Shown here piece by piece: positions 29,521 to 38,760 of a stretch of DNA of 64,000 nt. Position numbers and translations under genes: made by a program. Numbering within the stretch: the first letter of the stretch is position 1; every line of letters starts with the position of its first letter. This stretch comes from a virus. The notes beneath the pieces were generated by a model. That model was not told the DNA's origin, did no database searches, and was given only the letters and a program-made list of their open reading frames with translations. The DNA lies in IMG/VR virus record IMGVR_UViG_3300045988_182687, positions 71,005-135,004 of that record; one strand, 5' to 3'.

Positions 29521-29976
29521 TTAGCCCTCAAATCCCAATGCTTTCATCACCGCTATTGCAGCGATAATTGGGATAATATACATAAGAAGTTTTGATGGGC
29601 TTGAACTTACATCAGCCTCCGAAAAAACTCTGCCGTTATCGTGGTAAAGAGTGATTTTCAAAGGTGGCATACTATTTGAGGTTACAACCTTTTTTGTGTG
29701 CAATCCATTAAGCTCATATTCGTATGTGGCTACATAATTTCTTGCACCAGAGCTTTTTTCATAATAACGACATTTTACCTGTGTTGCAGAAAGCATATGC
29801 CCACTTTCTTTCGCCTTCGCTATTTTTTTCTCGCCGCTCGAAAAAATGAGTCCTTTTTTGTATAAAACGATTTCAATAGCAAAAACAACGATAGCAGTAA
29901 AAACTCCTATCCAGACAGCAGGGTCATACGCCAGCAACTGTTCCCACGCTTCTTTGAGTCCAATTTGATTGTTCAT
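29521..29976 (-). CDS. Hypothetical membrane protein
   Basis: GGGAGAG ribosome-binding site then ATG (MNNQIGL). Two TM helices. Confidence 0.45.
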   Translation of the reverse strand: MNNQIGLKEAWEQLLAYDPAVWIGVFTAIVVFAIEIVLYKKGLIFSSGEKKIAKAKESGHMLSATQVKCRYYEKSSGARNYVATYEYELNGLHTKKVVTSNSMPPLKITLYHDNGRVFSEADVSSSPSKLLMYIIPIIAAIAVMKALGFEG

Positions 29977-29993
29977 ACACTCTCCCAACTTTA

Positions 29994-30425
29994 TTAACCT
30001 ACAGTCTCATCAGCCTTGGCTGAAACAGGTTTTTTTAAGAATGGGTTCGGTCCGGGGAATTCGCCCTTGTACTCTGTGGCGTCAAAAGCCAGAATTGCAA
30101 GGACGATGAGCTGGAAGAAAATCATCCAAATAAAAAGTTTAGGGGTGTGGTAGCTGGTGCGACCTTGATATTCGACGCCAAGCATAGGTATGAACTTCAC
30201 CCATATGATAATCCACATGATGAGGTTTACACCCGGTATGAGCATCAGCCATATGTAGCGAAGGTTCCCAAAAACGGAATAGAATAGGCAGATGATGTTA
30301 TACACGGGGATAAGCCCTGCCCAGATGGGATACTTGGCCTTTTTAAGAATAAAGGCAAGAAGTATGCAGGTGGCAATGGTTCGGCCTACAATCCAAAGCA
30401 GGCGAAGAGTTTCATAGTGATTCAT
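29994..30425 (-). CDS. Polytopic membrane protein
   Basis: AAAGGA ribosome-binding site. Four hydrophobic helices. Confidence 0.5.
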   Translation of the reverse strand: MNHYETLRLLWIVGRTIATCILLAFILKKAKYPIWAGLIPVYNIICLFYSVFGNLRYIWLMLIPGVNLIMWIIIWVKFIPMLGVEYQGRTSYHTPKLFIWMIFFQLIVLAILAFDATEYKGEFPGPNPFLKKPVSAKADETVG

Positions 30426-30480
30426 AATTTTGTCCTTTCATTGTGGAGGCTTCGCTGATTGCCTCAGTGAGTTTAGAATG

Positions 30481-30714
30481 TTAAAAGATGCTCGTGAGCC
30501 AACCGAGAACAGTGTAGAAGATGCTCGGCACGAGGAAATAGAGTCCGGCCAGAACAGCCAGAATGGTCAATGCAACAGACAGTCCCTTTTTCACTACTTT
30601 CCGCGCTACATACAGTGCGGCAATGAGAATCAGCAGACTCGCGATTTGTGCGGGGGTAAGGGTCAATACCCAAACTTTGATACGTTCAAAAATATTGACA
30701 AGTTTTTCAAGCAT
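30481..30714 (-). CDS. Small membrane protein (77 aa)
   Basis: GGAGGT ribosome-binding site 5 nt before the ATG (MLEKLVNIF). The longer listed ORF start lacks a ribosome-binding site. Confidence 0.4.
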   Translation of the reverse strand: MLEKLVNIFERIKVWVLTLTPAQIASLLILIAALYVARKVVKKGLSVALTILAVLAGLYFLVPSIFYTVLGWLTSIF

Positions 30715-30841
30715 AAAATACCTCCGTTGGCAGGCTCCCGCCACAGCCACATTCCCTAAAGACCGTGGCGGGACTTGCTTTTTTACATTTTCTATATTAC
30801 CATATTCGAACATAATGTCAAGCGAAAAGCACCATGTAGAC

Positions 30842-30870
30842 TTGACATTATTTTATATTCGTGTTATAGT
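30842..30870 (+). promoter_or_regulatory. sigma-A promoter P3 with extended -10 (TTGACA-17-TGtTATAGT)
   Basis: agaCTTGACATTATTTTATATTCGTGtTATAGT. Same architecture as P1, P2 and P4. Confidence 0.6.
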
Positions 30871-30912
30871 GAAATTGCGATAGAAACATAAAAGGCTCGA
30901 AAGGAAAGCGTT

Positions 30913-31704
30913 ATGGTAAAGAATAATAACAAGAAAAACAACGGCACGAATGCCTTGCGAGGGCTCCTCGCTTTCCTTGTTGCCCTTGCTGTGTTTCTCG
31001 GAGTGGAGCTCATTCCGCAGCTCACAGAGAACCTTGGCTCCGACAACCATCCGTCGTATACAGAAGCGTCTGATATCTACGAGGGGAGTTGTAAGAGCCG
31101 GCTTTCGTTAGACGACATTGCTCCATTTGACGGGGAGCCATATATCGTTGTAAACGGTAATGTTCCTTTTTTTACAGAAGCTGATATAACCACAGAGCCG
31201 TTCGAATTGTTTTCCGAGTTGGACGACCTTGGCCGCTGCGGGACTGCCTACGCAAACGTGTGCCAAGAGCTGATGCCTACGGAAGAACGAGGGTCTATCG
31301 GTTCCGTGAAGCCGTCAGGCTGGCACCTGAACAAATACGACTGCGTGGATGGCAAGTACCTCTACAATCGTTGTCATCTGCTGGGCTATCAGCTTACAGG
31401 CGAGAACGCCAATGTCAAGAACCTCATCACCGGAACTCGCTACCTCAATGTTACTGGTATGCTGCCGTTTGAGAACGAGATTGCTGATTATGTTCACGAA
31501 ACAAACAACCACGTTCTGTATCGTGTGACTCCCGTTTTTGAAGGCGACAACCTTGTAGCGAACGGTGTCTTGATGGAAGCCCTTTCTGTGGAAGATGATA
31601 CCATTGAGTTCTGTGTGTTTTGCTATAATGTGCAGCCCGGTGTCAAGATTGATTACGGCACCGGCCTCAACTGGGCGGACGCGGAATACTCCGCTGAAAA
31701 CTAA
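30913..31704 (+). CDS. Membrane-anchored DNA/RNA non-specific endonuclease (EndA-like)
   Basis: AAGGAAAG ribosome-binding site. N-terminal TM anchor. 'NRCHLLGYQL' resembles the (D/N)R(G/S)HL active-site region of Endonuclease_NS / EndA family proteins. Confidence 0.55.
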   Translation: MVKNNNKKNNGTNALRGLLAFLVALAVFLGVELIPQLTENLGSDNHPSYTEASDIYEGSCKSRLSLDDIAPFDGEPYIVVNGNVPFFTEADITTEPFELFSELDDLGRCGTAYANVCQELMPTEERGSIGSVKPSGWHLNKYDCVDGKYLYNRCHLLGYQLTGENANVKNLITGTRYLNVTGMLPFENEIADYVHETNNHVLYRVTPVFEGDNLVANGVLMEALSVEDDTIEFCVFCYNVQPGVKIDYGTGLNWADAEYSAEN

Positions 31705-31731
31705 ATTAGAAAGAATAAAGGAGAAAGAACT

Positions 31732-33168
31732 ATGTTTGACCTGCTCTTTGGGAACAAGGCCGTTCTCGTCCCCGCAATTATCGTGATTGCGGTCCTCATC
31801 ATCTGTATTTTGGGGTATATCAAGGCGCCGCCCGATATGGCGTATATCATCTCCGGTCTTCGCAAGAAGCCCAAAATCCTCATTGGTCGTGCCGGCGTTC
31901 GCGTTCCGTTTCTGGAGCGCGTCGATAAGCTAATTGTCCGTCAGATTTCCGTGGACATCAAATCCGATGGCTACATTCCCACACTGGACTTCATCGGCGT
32001 TGATGTGGATGCCGTTGCCAAGGTCCGTGTCAGGACAGATGACGAGGGCATTAAGCTGGCTATGCGGAACTTCCTGAACATCACTGATGCCCGTGGCTTT
32101 GAGCAGGCGATTTCGGACTCTCTGCAGGGAAACATGAGAGAGATTATCGGGACTATAACGCTCAAGGAAATCTGCAATGACCGTAAGAAATTCGGTGATG
32201 AAATCCAGTCAAAGGCGCAGGTTGACATGAATGCGTTGGGTATCGAGATTATCTCCTGTAATATCCAGCGCGTGACCGACGAGAAGGGCCTTATCAATGC
32301 TCTGGGTCAGGATAATATGAGTCAAATCCAGAAAAATGCTTCTATCGCCAAGGCCGAAGCGGAGCGCGATATCCAGATTGCTCAGGCGGAGGCGGCTCGT
32401 CAGGCGAACGAGGCTCAGGTCGCATCCGATACACAGATTTCTATTCGTAAGACCGAACTGGCCGTGAAGCAGGCCGAGCTGAAGGAGACCTCCGACATCA
32501 AGAAGGCTGCTGCCGATGCTGCCTATAAGATTGAGGAACAGAAGCAGCGCCGGAGCCTCGATATTGCATCTACCGATGCCGACATTGCGAAGCGCGAGAA
32601 GGAAGCAGAACTGGCCGAGCGTGAAATCACGCTGCAGGAGCGTCGGTTGGATGCTGATATTCGCAAGAAGGCAGATGCCGATAAGTACGCTGCCGAAAAG
32701 AAGGCCGAAGCAGAGCTGTACGCCCGCAAGCAGGAAGCCGAGGCCAAGCGCTTCGAGCAGGAGCAGATTGCCGAAGGTATCAAGGCCGTCGGTGCCGCAG
32801 AAGCCGAGGCTATCAAGGCCAAGGCTCTGGCCGAAGCGGAAGGTATCGACCGTAAGGCTGAGGCCATGAAAAAGTACGGTGAAGCCGCAGTGGTCGAGAT
32901 GATTATGAACGCACTGCCCGAAATTGCCAAGAACGTGGCCGCGCCTCTCACTAATGTGGATTCCATCACCATGTACGGCGAGGGTAACAGTACGAAGCTG
33001 ATTGAGGACATCGTTTCCTCTACCACTCAGGTCTCCAACGGTATGCTGAACGGTCTGGGTATCGACCTGCGGAGCCTGCTGGCAGGTTTTGTCGGTGGTA
33101 AGGTTGCAGTTCCCGCATCTGCTTCCGGTGTTGAGCCTACCGCTACCACTGAGGGCGATGCCGAGTAA
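31732..33168 (+). CDS. Flotillin (SPFH/band-7 domain; FloT/YuaG-like)
   Basis: AAAGGAGAAAG ribosome-binding site. N-terminal hydrophobic hairpin, SPFH domain, long Ala/Glu/Lys-rich coiled-coil 'flotillin' region. Confidence 0.85.
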   Translation: MFDLLFGNKAVLVPAIIVIAVLIICILGYIKAPPDMAYIISGLRKKPKILIGRAGVRVPFLERVDKLIVRQISVDIKSDGYIPTLDFIGVDVDAVAKVRVRTDDEGIKLAMRNFLNITDARGFEQAISDSLQGNMREIIGTITLKEICNDRKKFGDEIQSKAQVDMNALGIEIISCNIQRVTDEKGLINALGQDNMSQIQKNASIAKAEAERDIQIAQAEAARQANEAQVASDTQISIRKTELAVKQAELKETSDIKKAAADAAYKIEEQKQRRSLDIASTDADIAKREKEAELAEREITLQERRLDADIRKKADADKYAAEKKAEAELYARKQEAEAKRFEQEQIAEGIKAVGAAEAEAIKAKALAEAEGIDRKAEAMKKYGEAAVVEMIMNALPEIAKNVAAPLTNVDSITMYGEGNSTKLIEDIVSSTTQVSNGMLNGLGIDLRSLLAGFVGGKVAVPASASGVEPTATTEGDAE

Positions 33169-33209
33169 AAACAATATCCCGCCGTAGGCACTCCCTGCGG
33201 CGGGTATAC

Positions 33210-33297
33210 GGAGAGGTGGCCGAGCGGTTGAAGGCACCGGTCTTGAAAACCGGCGATGCGAAAGCATCCGTGGGTTCGAATCCCACTCTCTCCGCCA
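33210..33297 (+). tRNA. tRNA-Ser (anticodon UGA)
   Basis: Cloverleaf: ggagagg acceptor, long variable arm gatgcgaaagcatc, T-arm gtggg/ttcgaat/cccac, anticodon loop cuUGAaa, encoded CCA. Confidence 0.8.
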
Positions 33298-33310
33298 AAA
33301 GTAAAAAATA

Positions 33311-33381
33311 AGTACGGACGGTATAACCGGAATTAACGCCTGTGGAGATGCATGGTCATCGTGGAAGCAGGAATACTCTGT
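33311..33381. repeat. Orphan copy 1 of a roughly 70-nt element (agtacggacggtataaccggaattaacgcctgtggagatgcatggtcatcgtggaagcaggaatactctgt)
   Basis: Near-identical to 63930-64000 (3' flank of the TnpB-like gene). Partial copy at 33678-33745. Confidence 0.75.
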
Positions 33382-33455
33382 TAGCTGGTCATTCATGTGA
33401 GAGATGATGTCAGCACTTTTAGGGAACTGAATATGCCTGTGTCGGGTGTATGAAA

Positions 33456-33604
33456 CCCTGAAAAAGCAGGGGTGTATACCATCAACGCAGTCCCATTAGA
33501 GTGCCGGAGAGGTATATAAAGCCCCGAAATAGCAGGGTTGTATACCATGTTGACTACAGGAATCACAGTATACAGGGCCTTAAAACAATAGGGTTATATA
33601 CCAC
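33456..33604. repeat. Three direct repeats of about 27 bp (ccYYRaaaWagcagggKtRtataccaY) spaced about 56-66 bp apart
   Basis: R1 33456-33482, R2 33522-33548, R3 33578-33604. Located between tRNA-Ser and the downstream accessory cluster. Confidence 0.6.
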
Positions 33605-33649
33605 TTACGCATTCCTGTTGCTTGTGAGCACAAGATGCCAAATTTTGAA

Positions 33650-33745
33650 AAAGTGTGCAATGATTGCATACTTAAAAAGTACGGATGGTATAACCGGAAT
33701 TAACGCCTGTGGAGACGAACTCCGTCGCTAAAGCAGGAACTTGCC
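33650..33745. repeat. Orphan copy 2: palindromic hairpin (gtgtgcaa tga ttgcatac) plus the 5' half of the 70-nt element, 3' half diverged
   Basis: Matches 63887-63965 (hairpin + agtacggaYggtataRccggaattaacgcctgtggaga). Only 'aagcaggaa' is retained downstream. Confidence 0.65.
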
Positions 33746-33866
33746 ATGAGCTGAATTCTGCGTGAGAGGCGGTGCAACGCCGAGGTGGGAGTACCTTGGG
33801 GGAACATTAGCAAGCGCACAAAAATCAAAAATCGGTGGAATGGCATGGAAGGCAGGTGACTTGTAA

Positions 33867-34265
33867 ATGGCAGACTATTTCAAAGTTGTTTACTCGCGGG
33901 AGCTTTCCGCTGAATATAACCCTCGCTACATCGTGATACAGCCGAATACCGGCGCGGTTTTAGATGATGCCCAAGGCTTCGGTTATACAAGCCGCGAGAA
34001 GGCGGCAAAGGCATACACCTACAAGAAGATGCCGCATCCCGAACAGCGGTCTCTGGCGGCCCGCAAACGCCGCGTAGAGAAGTGGTGTCTGGAACACCTT
34101 GATGTGGTAGATGGTTATGCTGACATCTGCTTACAGCATATGAAGGCATCGGGAGATGGACGTATCAGTATGAGTTCTGCTGTTGTCTCCCGTTATCTGA
34201 AGGACTGCGGATACGATAATCTGCCGTTCTCGGCACAGGACTTTATCCGCTACTGTAAAACTTAA
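33867..34265 (+). CDS. Hypothetical protein (132 aa)
   Basis: Clean ORF, weak GGAAGG/GGTGA ribosome-binding site. Confidence 0.5.
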   Translation: MADYFKVVYSRELSAEYNPRYIVIQPNTGAVLDDAQGFGYTSREKAAKAYTYKKMPHPEQRSLAARKRRVEKWCLEHLDVVDGYADICLQHMKASGDGRISMSSAVVSRYLKDCGYDNLPFSAQDFIRYCKT

Positions 34266-34287
34266 ATTTGGGGTGAGGTGAAAGGAC

Positions 34288-36477
34288 ATGAAAAACACCA
34301 TATTGGGGACGGTGCGCTTTAATGACATCGGGGCGTACAAGAATGAGTGGGCGGCGAGAAGCCGTGAATGGCGCTTTGAAAAGGCCCGACAGGAGGAAAC
34401 CCACATTATCAGAGAGAATGACAGAGACGATGCAACGCTCTTTTCTGGACTCACAGACCTGTCCAGTCTCTCACGAGATAATAGTGACACCAATGAGAGA
34501 TGGTGGCGGAAACGCATTGAGGACTACCTCAAGAACCTTTCTGAGTTCATCGACTACTGTAAGACCTATGAGCAGCCTGCCAACGTATATAGCATTTATG
34601 AGGGCATTGGTATGGTCGTCGGCCTCGGCAGTCGTAGGTTCTTTCTCTACCAGCCGGACTCTCTGGTGGCGGAGTATGTGCCGGTCAAGGACTATTCCGC
34701 AATGTCCGTGGGCGAGATGCGAGCCCTCGCAGCGCATGGCACTTCATCGACGTTGCCGGCATCCGTGCCTGAGTCTCTTTCGGTCTCTCAGGTGCGTGAA
34801 GGTCTGTCCGACCGTGAGGCGGAGCTGAACGCCCTCAAATCCAATATCGAAGATACCAAGAACGGAACCAGTGATGAACTCCGCGCCCTCAAGGAAGAGG
34901 TCGAGCGTGCCATGGCAGCCTTGGAGCAGAAAAAGGACAAACTGATGGCAGAGCTGTCCGCCAAACGCGAGGCTCTGGAGGAACAGGTAGAAATGATGAA
35001 CAATCAGATTTACCTGTTGGAATCTCAGATTTATGCTATTCGCTGCTACATGGGTGAGACAATCAACTTTACCCGTATCCGCACTGGACGGAACGCACCG
35101 GAAAAGGAACCGGTCGTCCTGTTTCAGAAGCTCCGTTTTCTCGATGAAGAGATGGGGCGTCTTGCTTCCATTTACAACATGAAAGAAAGCAAGCTGAAGT
35201 ATTTCGAGGAGTTTCTCGCAGCGTCTCCTGTTGCGCTGGATACCTTTGCTCCCAGTGAGAAGTGCGTGGCACTGGTTCGTCTCAGCAAGACCGGCAAGCA
35301 TTTCTTTGGGCATGAGATGTGGAGCAATATGCTGGACAGCTATAATATCTACCACGGGAACACCATTGGTATCATTATCCGAAACGGAGAAAATGTCTAT
35401 ATCGGTTGGACTGACCCGGAGGAAGTCCATGTGACAGATGACTTCATTATGGAAGTAAATCCCAAGGATTTCCGCGTCAATACGGAGTATATCGGGCAGG
35501 AGGATGAATACCAGCGGAAGCAGCGTGTCAAAGAGGAGCGCTCACAGGCGCGAAGTATGGTCGTGGAAATGGTTTCCAGAATTTTCCTGTTCAATATCCT
35601 GCAGGGTGTGGTGGATAGCTCCAACATCCTTTCTCTGCCGGCTGGTGTCAAAATCTCCAAGTCCTCCGAGTATGTCGTGTTTTCCATGGCTGACCGCTGG
35701 TTGACCGACAACCGTTATGGCAGCTTTGTAGACATCGTGAAGCGATGCAATAAGCCTGATGCAAAGAAGGGTGATAGTATCTTGACCGTCCTTTCTTTGA
35801 CTCCGGAGAGAGAATACAGGTATAGGCCTTACTGGAATGACCGTGGCAGGGGAGACCGCAACCGCACCCACGACTGTTCCGTTGATGACTGCGCCATCTA
35901 TCCCATCAATTTGGTGGAGTATGACGCACCGGAGCAGCGCACCTACTATCTCTTTAATGGCATTCGCTACTCCACATATGGCGATAGCAGTAATCTCGGC
36001 GATGACGCTGAAATCATCGAAACCGTTATGGAGACTAAGCCGCATTTCTTCGTATCTGTGGAGAAAGGCGAGTCCATAAACCGCCGTTGGTATGCTGACG
36101 AGGGCAAGAAATGCGCCCGTTCCAACTTCGAGGTGTTCCGCGACGAATATATCAACCTCGCTTTTATGAACTCCGAGTGGCTGACTTACGCCATCAATAC
36201 CAAGAACCTCGGTGGATGGATTATCGGCGGTAAGTGCGTGGATTACGCCTACGGTATCAAGTACCTGAATGTGGCACTGCAGCACATCCGCCAGCGCGAG
36301 GCATCCGAGAAAGAGCACCTTGACCGCTCTTGCCCCGGCTTTACGGAGAAGTACCCTTCTTGGATGGTAGACCTGTCAGAATGGAAGCTCGCCGAAGATG
36401 TCCATAGCCTCCATTCCCGCAATGTATCGAGATTCTTAAAATGGTTTGCTGAGAAAGCGGAAAGAGGTGAGGTGTAA
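34288..36477 (+). CDS. Hypothetical protein (729 aa) with central coiled-coil segment
   Basis: GAAAGGA ribosome-binding site. Coiled-coil heptads around aa 175-250. No nucleotide-binding motif recognised. Confidence 0.6.
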   Translation: MKNTILGTVRFNDIGAYKNEWAARSREWRFEKARQEETHIIRENDRDDATLFSGLTDLSSLSRDNSDTNERWWRKRIEDYLKNLSEFIDYCKTYEQPANVYSIYEGIGMVVGLGSRRFFLYQPDSLVAEYVPVKDYSAMSVGEMRALAAHGTSSTLPASVPESLSVSQVREGLSDREAELNALKSNIEDTKNGTSDELRALKEEVERAMAALEQKKDKLMAELSAKREALEEQVEMMNNQIYLLESQIYAIRCYMGETINFTRIRTGRNAPEKEPVVLFQKLRFLDEEMGRLASIYNMKESKLKYFEEFLAASPVALDTFAPSEKCVALVRLSKTGKHFFGHEMWSNMLDSYNIYHGNTIGIIIRNGENVYIGWTDPEEVHVTDDFIMEVNPKDFRVNTEYIGQEDEYQRKQRVKEERSQARSMVVEMVSRIFLFNILQGVVDSSNILSLPAGVKISKSSEYVVFSMADRWLTDNRYGSFVDIVKRCNKPDAKKGDSILTVLSLTPEREYRYRPYWNDRGRGDRNRTHDCSVDDCAIYPINLVEYDAPEQRTYYLFNGIRYSTYGDSSNLGDDAEIIETVMETKPHFFVSVEKGESINRRWYADEGKKCARSNFEVFRDEYINLAFMNSEWLTYAINTKNLGGWIIGGKCVDYAYGIKYLNVALQHIRQREASEKEHLDRSCPGFTEKYPSWMVDLSEWKLAEDVHSLHSRNVSRFLKWFAEKAERGEV

Positions 36478-36687
36478 ATGTCTGCGGTAAAGAAGAACAG
36501 TTCCGGAATTCTCAAATACGTCGTGTTTTGCAGTGCCTGCGGGCAGACTGCTCCCTTAACTGACAAGGTTGATGTTGACGGCCATCTTATGTACGATTGG
36601 CACCGCCCTTGTCCGCGCTGTGGTAAGGAAGACTGGGCAACTCGCTTCATTGAACCTCTCGGAGCTGCAAAGAAAACGCAAACTTGA
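36478..36687 (+). CDS. Small zinc-ribbon protein (69 aa; CSAC...CPRC)
   Basis: GAGGTG ribosome-binding site. Start overlaps the previous stop (TAAATG). Confidence 0.5.
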   Translation: MSAVKKNSSGILKYVVFCSACGQTAPLTDKVDVDGHLMYDWHRPCPRCGKEDWATRFIEPLGAAKKTQT

Positions 36688-36789
36688 GTTTGCTTATCTC
36701 TTTGCTTATTCACCCAATCTCTTAGCTTTTTCCTTGAAATTTAGTTTGGTTTGTCGCAAGTTGGTTGCAACCTTGAAAAATAAGCAAAA

Positions 36790-36822
36790 AGCACCTCTCA
36801 AGAGAGAGGTGCTTTTGTGTTT
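36790..36822. terminator. Bidirectional intrinsic terminator
   Basis: A-run, gcacctctc/gagaggtgc stem, T-run, between convergent genes. Confidence 0.7.
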
Positions 36823-38185
36823 AGAATTTGAGTTGCTCTTCAGTTATTTTTGCGATTTGCGGCAACTTGCGAGCTTCTTCGGTACGGAGCTGGAACATAT
36901 CCAGCTCATAATTGCCGAGCCGAACGCGGTCAAGCCCATCAGCGTCTTTGAAAATATCAAAGAGTGCTTTGACGCGCAGCGCATCCTGCCTATCCCTCCA
37001 GTGTTCCGAGATGAAGTCGTAGCCTTCCTTATCGGGGCGGCAGTGATACTCCATCAGAAACAGAGTGATGGGGTCCGTATCAGGATATGCTTCCTGCAGC
37101 ATCCTTGCGCTCTCGCCACCGTGGGTATTATCCTCGGAATCGCTACGCCTGCCTGTGTCGTGATACAGTGCAGCCTCAATCAGAATTTCCTTGTCTTCCA
37201 AGTCCAGACCCTTCATATATGCCAGCAGCATACACATGAATAGGACACGGCCAGCGTGAGCCTTTCCATGCAGTTTGCCTGCCATCTGGAATGGAACGGC
37301 GTCATAGTCAGCAGTCTTCTGATAGAGCCAGAAGTCGTCTATCGCACCGTCATCCGCTGCCTCGTTGAGCCAGTCGATACCATAGAAGGGGAAGTCTTCA
37401 ACCTCCTTGATGTCATCGGGAGATACAATAACTTCAGCCTCCACGCCTTCGAAATACTCAATGACAGAGGCTTTTTCGACTGTAGCCCGATATACCTTTG
37501 CATGGTCAGACGGAAAGCGCGTGGCGAAGAACACGGCTACGGCAGGGTCCAGCGTCCAAGAGAACGCTTCCTCCAGACTTGCGCTTTCATCGCCGGCGCC
37601 ACGGTAAACCGTCAGTGTGTCAGGATACTTCCTGAGCCCCTTCTCCGTTGCCTGAACCTGTTCCGGCGTTTTCATGCTTTTGAGCTTCAGTATACCATCC
37701 CGTCCGAGTGCGGAGCATCCGTAATCGGAAAAGGGGTAGACATTGTAGAACAGTTTGTAAGCACCATCAAAGCCCTCATCAACGAGTTTCTTCAGATACT
37801 CTATCCGCATCCGGTCGTTGAGTGCCGTGATGATGAAGTTACAGTTGCCGGAGGCAATTTTCTCCTTCAGTTGCTCAACAGCCCCTCGGATTTCAGGCGT
37901 TTTATCTTCACCGTCGGCTGCCATTGTAAGACTGTTGCAGGGGAATATGACCTTATCCTTATCCCAGTAATAAAACGGGGTAAAGCCGCAGCCGTAGTAG
38001 AGGTTCTCAATGATGTCGTCGGTTAGATGAAACTTCTTCCGCAGTTCATCGGCTGTATAGGGCGCCATATATCCGTTCCGACTGGCAACTGCCTTTGATT
38101 TCTCTGATGTGACAGATGTAACAGGGAGGAGGTTGTTGAACGATTCAACATTGCGGGACTTCATCACCACATCAGTGATGTTCAT
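36821..38185 (-). CDS. Two-domain protein: N-terminal domain of unknown function plus C-terminal HD-domain phosphohydrolase
   Basis: GGAGAT ribosome-binding site. 'EAALYHDTGRRSD...H' HD motif in the C-terminal about 130 aa. Confidence 0.6.
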   Translation of the reverse strand: MNITDVVMKSRNVESFNNLLPVTSVTSEKSKAVASRNGYMAPYTADELRKKFHLTDDIIENLYYGCGFTPFYYWDKDKVIFPCNSLTMAADGEDKTPEIRGAVEQLKEKIASGNCNFIITALNDRMRIEYLKKLVDEGFDGAYKLFYNVYPFSDYGCSALGRDGILKLKSMKTPEQVQATEKGLRKYPDTLTVYRGAGDESASLEEAFSWTLDPAVAVFFATRFPSDHAKVYRATVEKASVIEYFEGVEAEVIVSPDDIKEVEDFPFYGIDWLNEAADDGAIDDFWLYQKTADYDAVPFQMAGKLHGKAHAGRVLFMCMLLAYMKGLDLEDKEILIEAALYHDTGRRSDSEDNTHGGESARMLQEAYPDTDPITLFLMEYHCRPDKEGYDFISEHWRDRQDALRVKALFDIFKDADGLDRVRLGNYELDMFQLRTEEARKLPQIAKITEEQLKF

Positions 38186-38381
38186 ACTTCTCAATCTCCT
38201 TCAATAATTTTTCTATCACATCGGCAGCATCCGCTTCAATGTCGTTGATGTTACAGGCACCGTCCACATCACGGTACTTGCACCGCTTATCGCCGCAGCC
38301 GAGGTTGTCTTCAGCGTCCGTGCCGTAGCAGCGGAGCTTCTTGATAACTCTCAGCGCATCGCTTTTCAGCTTTGCAGTCAT
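38172..38381 (-). CDS. Small Cys-rich protein (69 aa)
   Basis: Strong AAAGGAG ribosome-binding site. Overlaps the downstream gene start by 14 nt (coupled). Confidence 0.45.
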   Translation of the reverse strand: MTAKLKSDALRVIKKLRCYGTDAEDNLGCGDKRCKYRDVDGACNINDIEADAADVIEKLLKEIEKYEHH

Positions 38382-38469
38382 TATGTTTTCTCCTTTCTAC
38401 GGGTTCTTTTTGCATATCATTATATATTCTTATATGCAGAAACTCAACTCCTTTCTGCAGCAAACAGAA

Positions 38470-38706
38470 TCAAAGGGTCTCATCGGCAATGACTTCCTTG
38501 GAAACCGTGTTATTCCACATCCGCACACTCTTCCTGATACTGCTGGCATAGATTTTTGTGCCGGCATAGGTCTTCAGGTTTGCGTGGAACGGAAACCCCT
38601 TTTTGCAACTCTGACATACAGCCTTACAATCGGGCTTGCCACAGTGGGAATACAGCTTGATTTTGCCACCACACACGGGGCAGGGAGCAATGTAACCTAA
38701 ATCCAT
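38470..38706 (-). CDS. Lar-family restriction alleviation-like zinc-finger protein
   Basis: AAAGGAG ribosome-binding site. 'CPVCGG...C...CQSC' with the family-typical CP(F/V)CGG motif. Confidence 0.5.
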   Translation of the reverse strand: MDLGYIAPCPVCGGKIKLYSHCGKPDCKAVCQSCKKGFPFHANLKTYAGTKIYASSIRKSVRMWNNTVSKEVIADETL

Positions 38707-38760
38707 AGCATTATCTCCTTTCAAAGAGAGCCACCCCGAAAGGTGGCTCTTTAATTGTTG

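Noticed and set aside
33183-33207. Hairpin cccgccgtagg/cctgcggcggg between flotillin and tRNA-Ser as a terminator
   Set aside because: No T-tract. More likely a processing or stability stem upstream of the tRNA.
33456-33604. Possible CRISPR array
   Set aside because: Only three imperfect 27-bp repeats, spacers of unequal length (about 39 and 29 bp), and no cas genes or leader. Better explained as iteron or arm-type sites.
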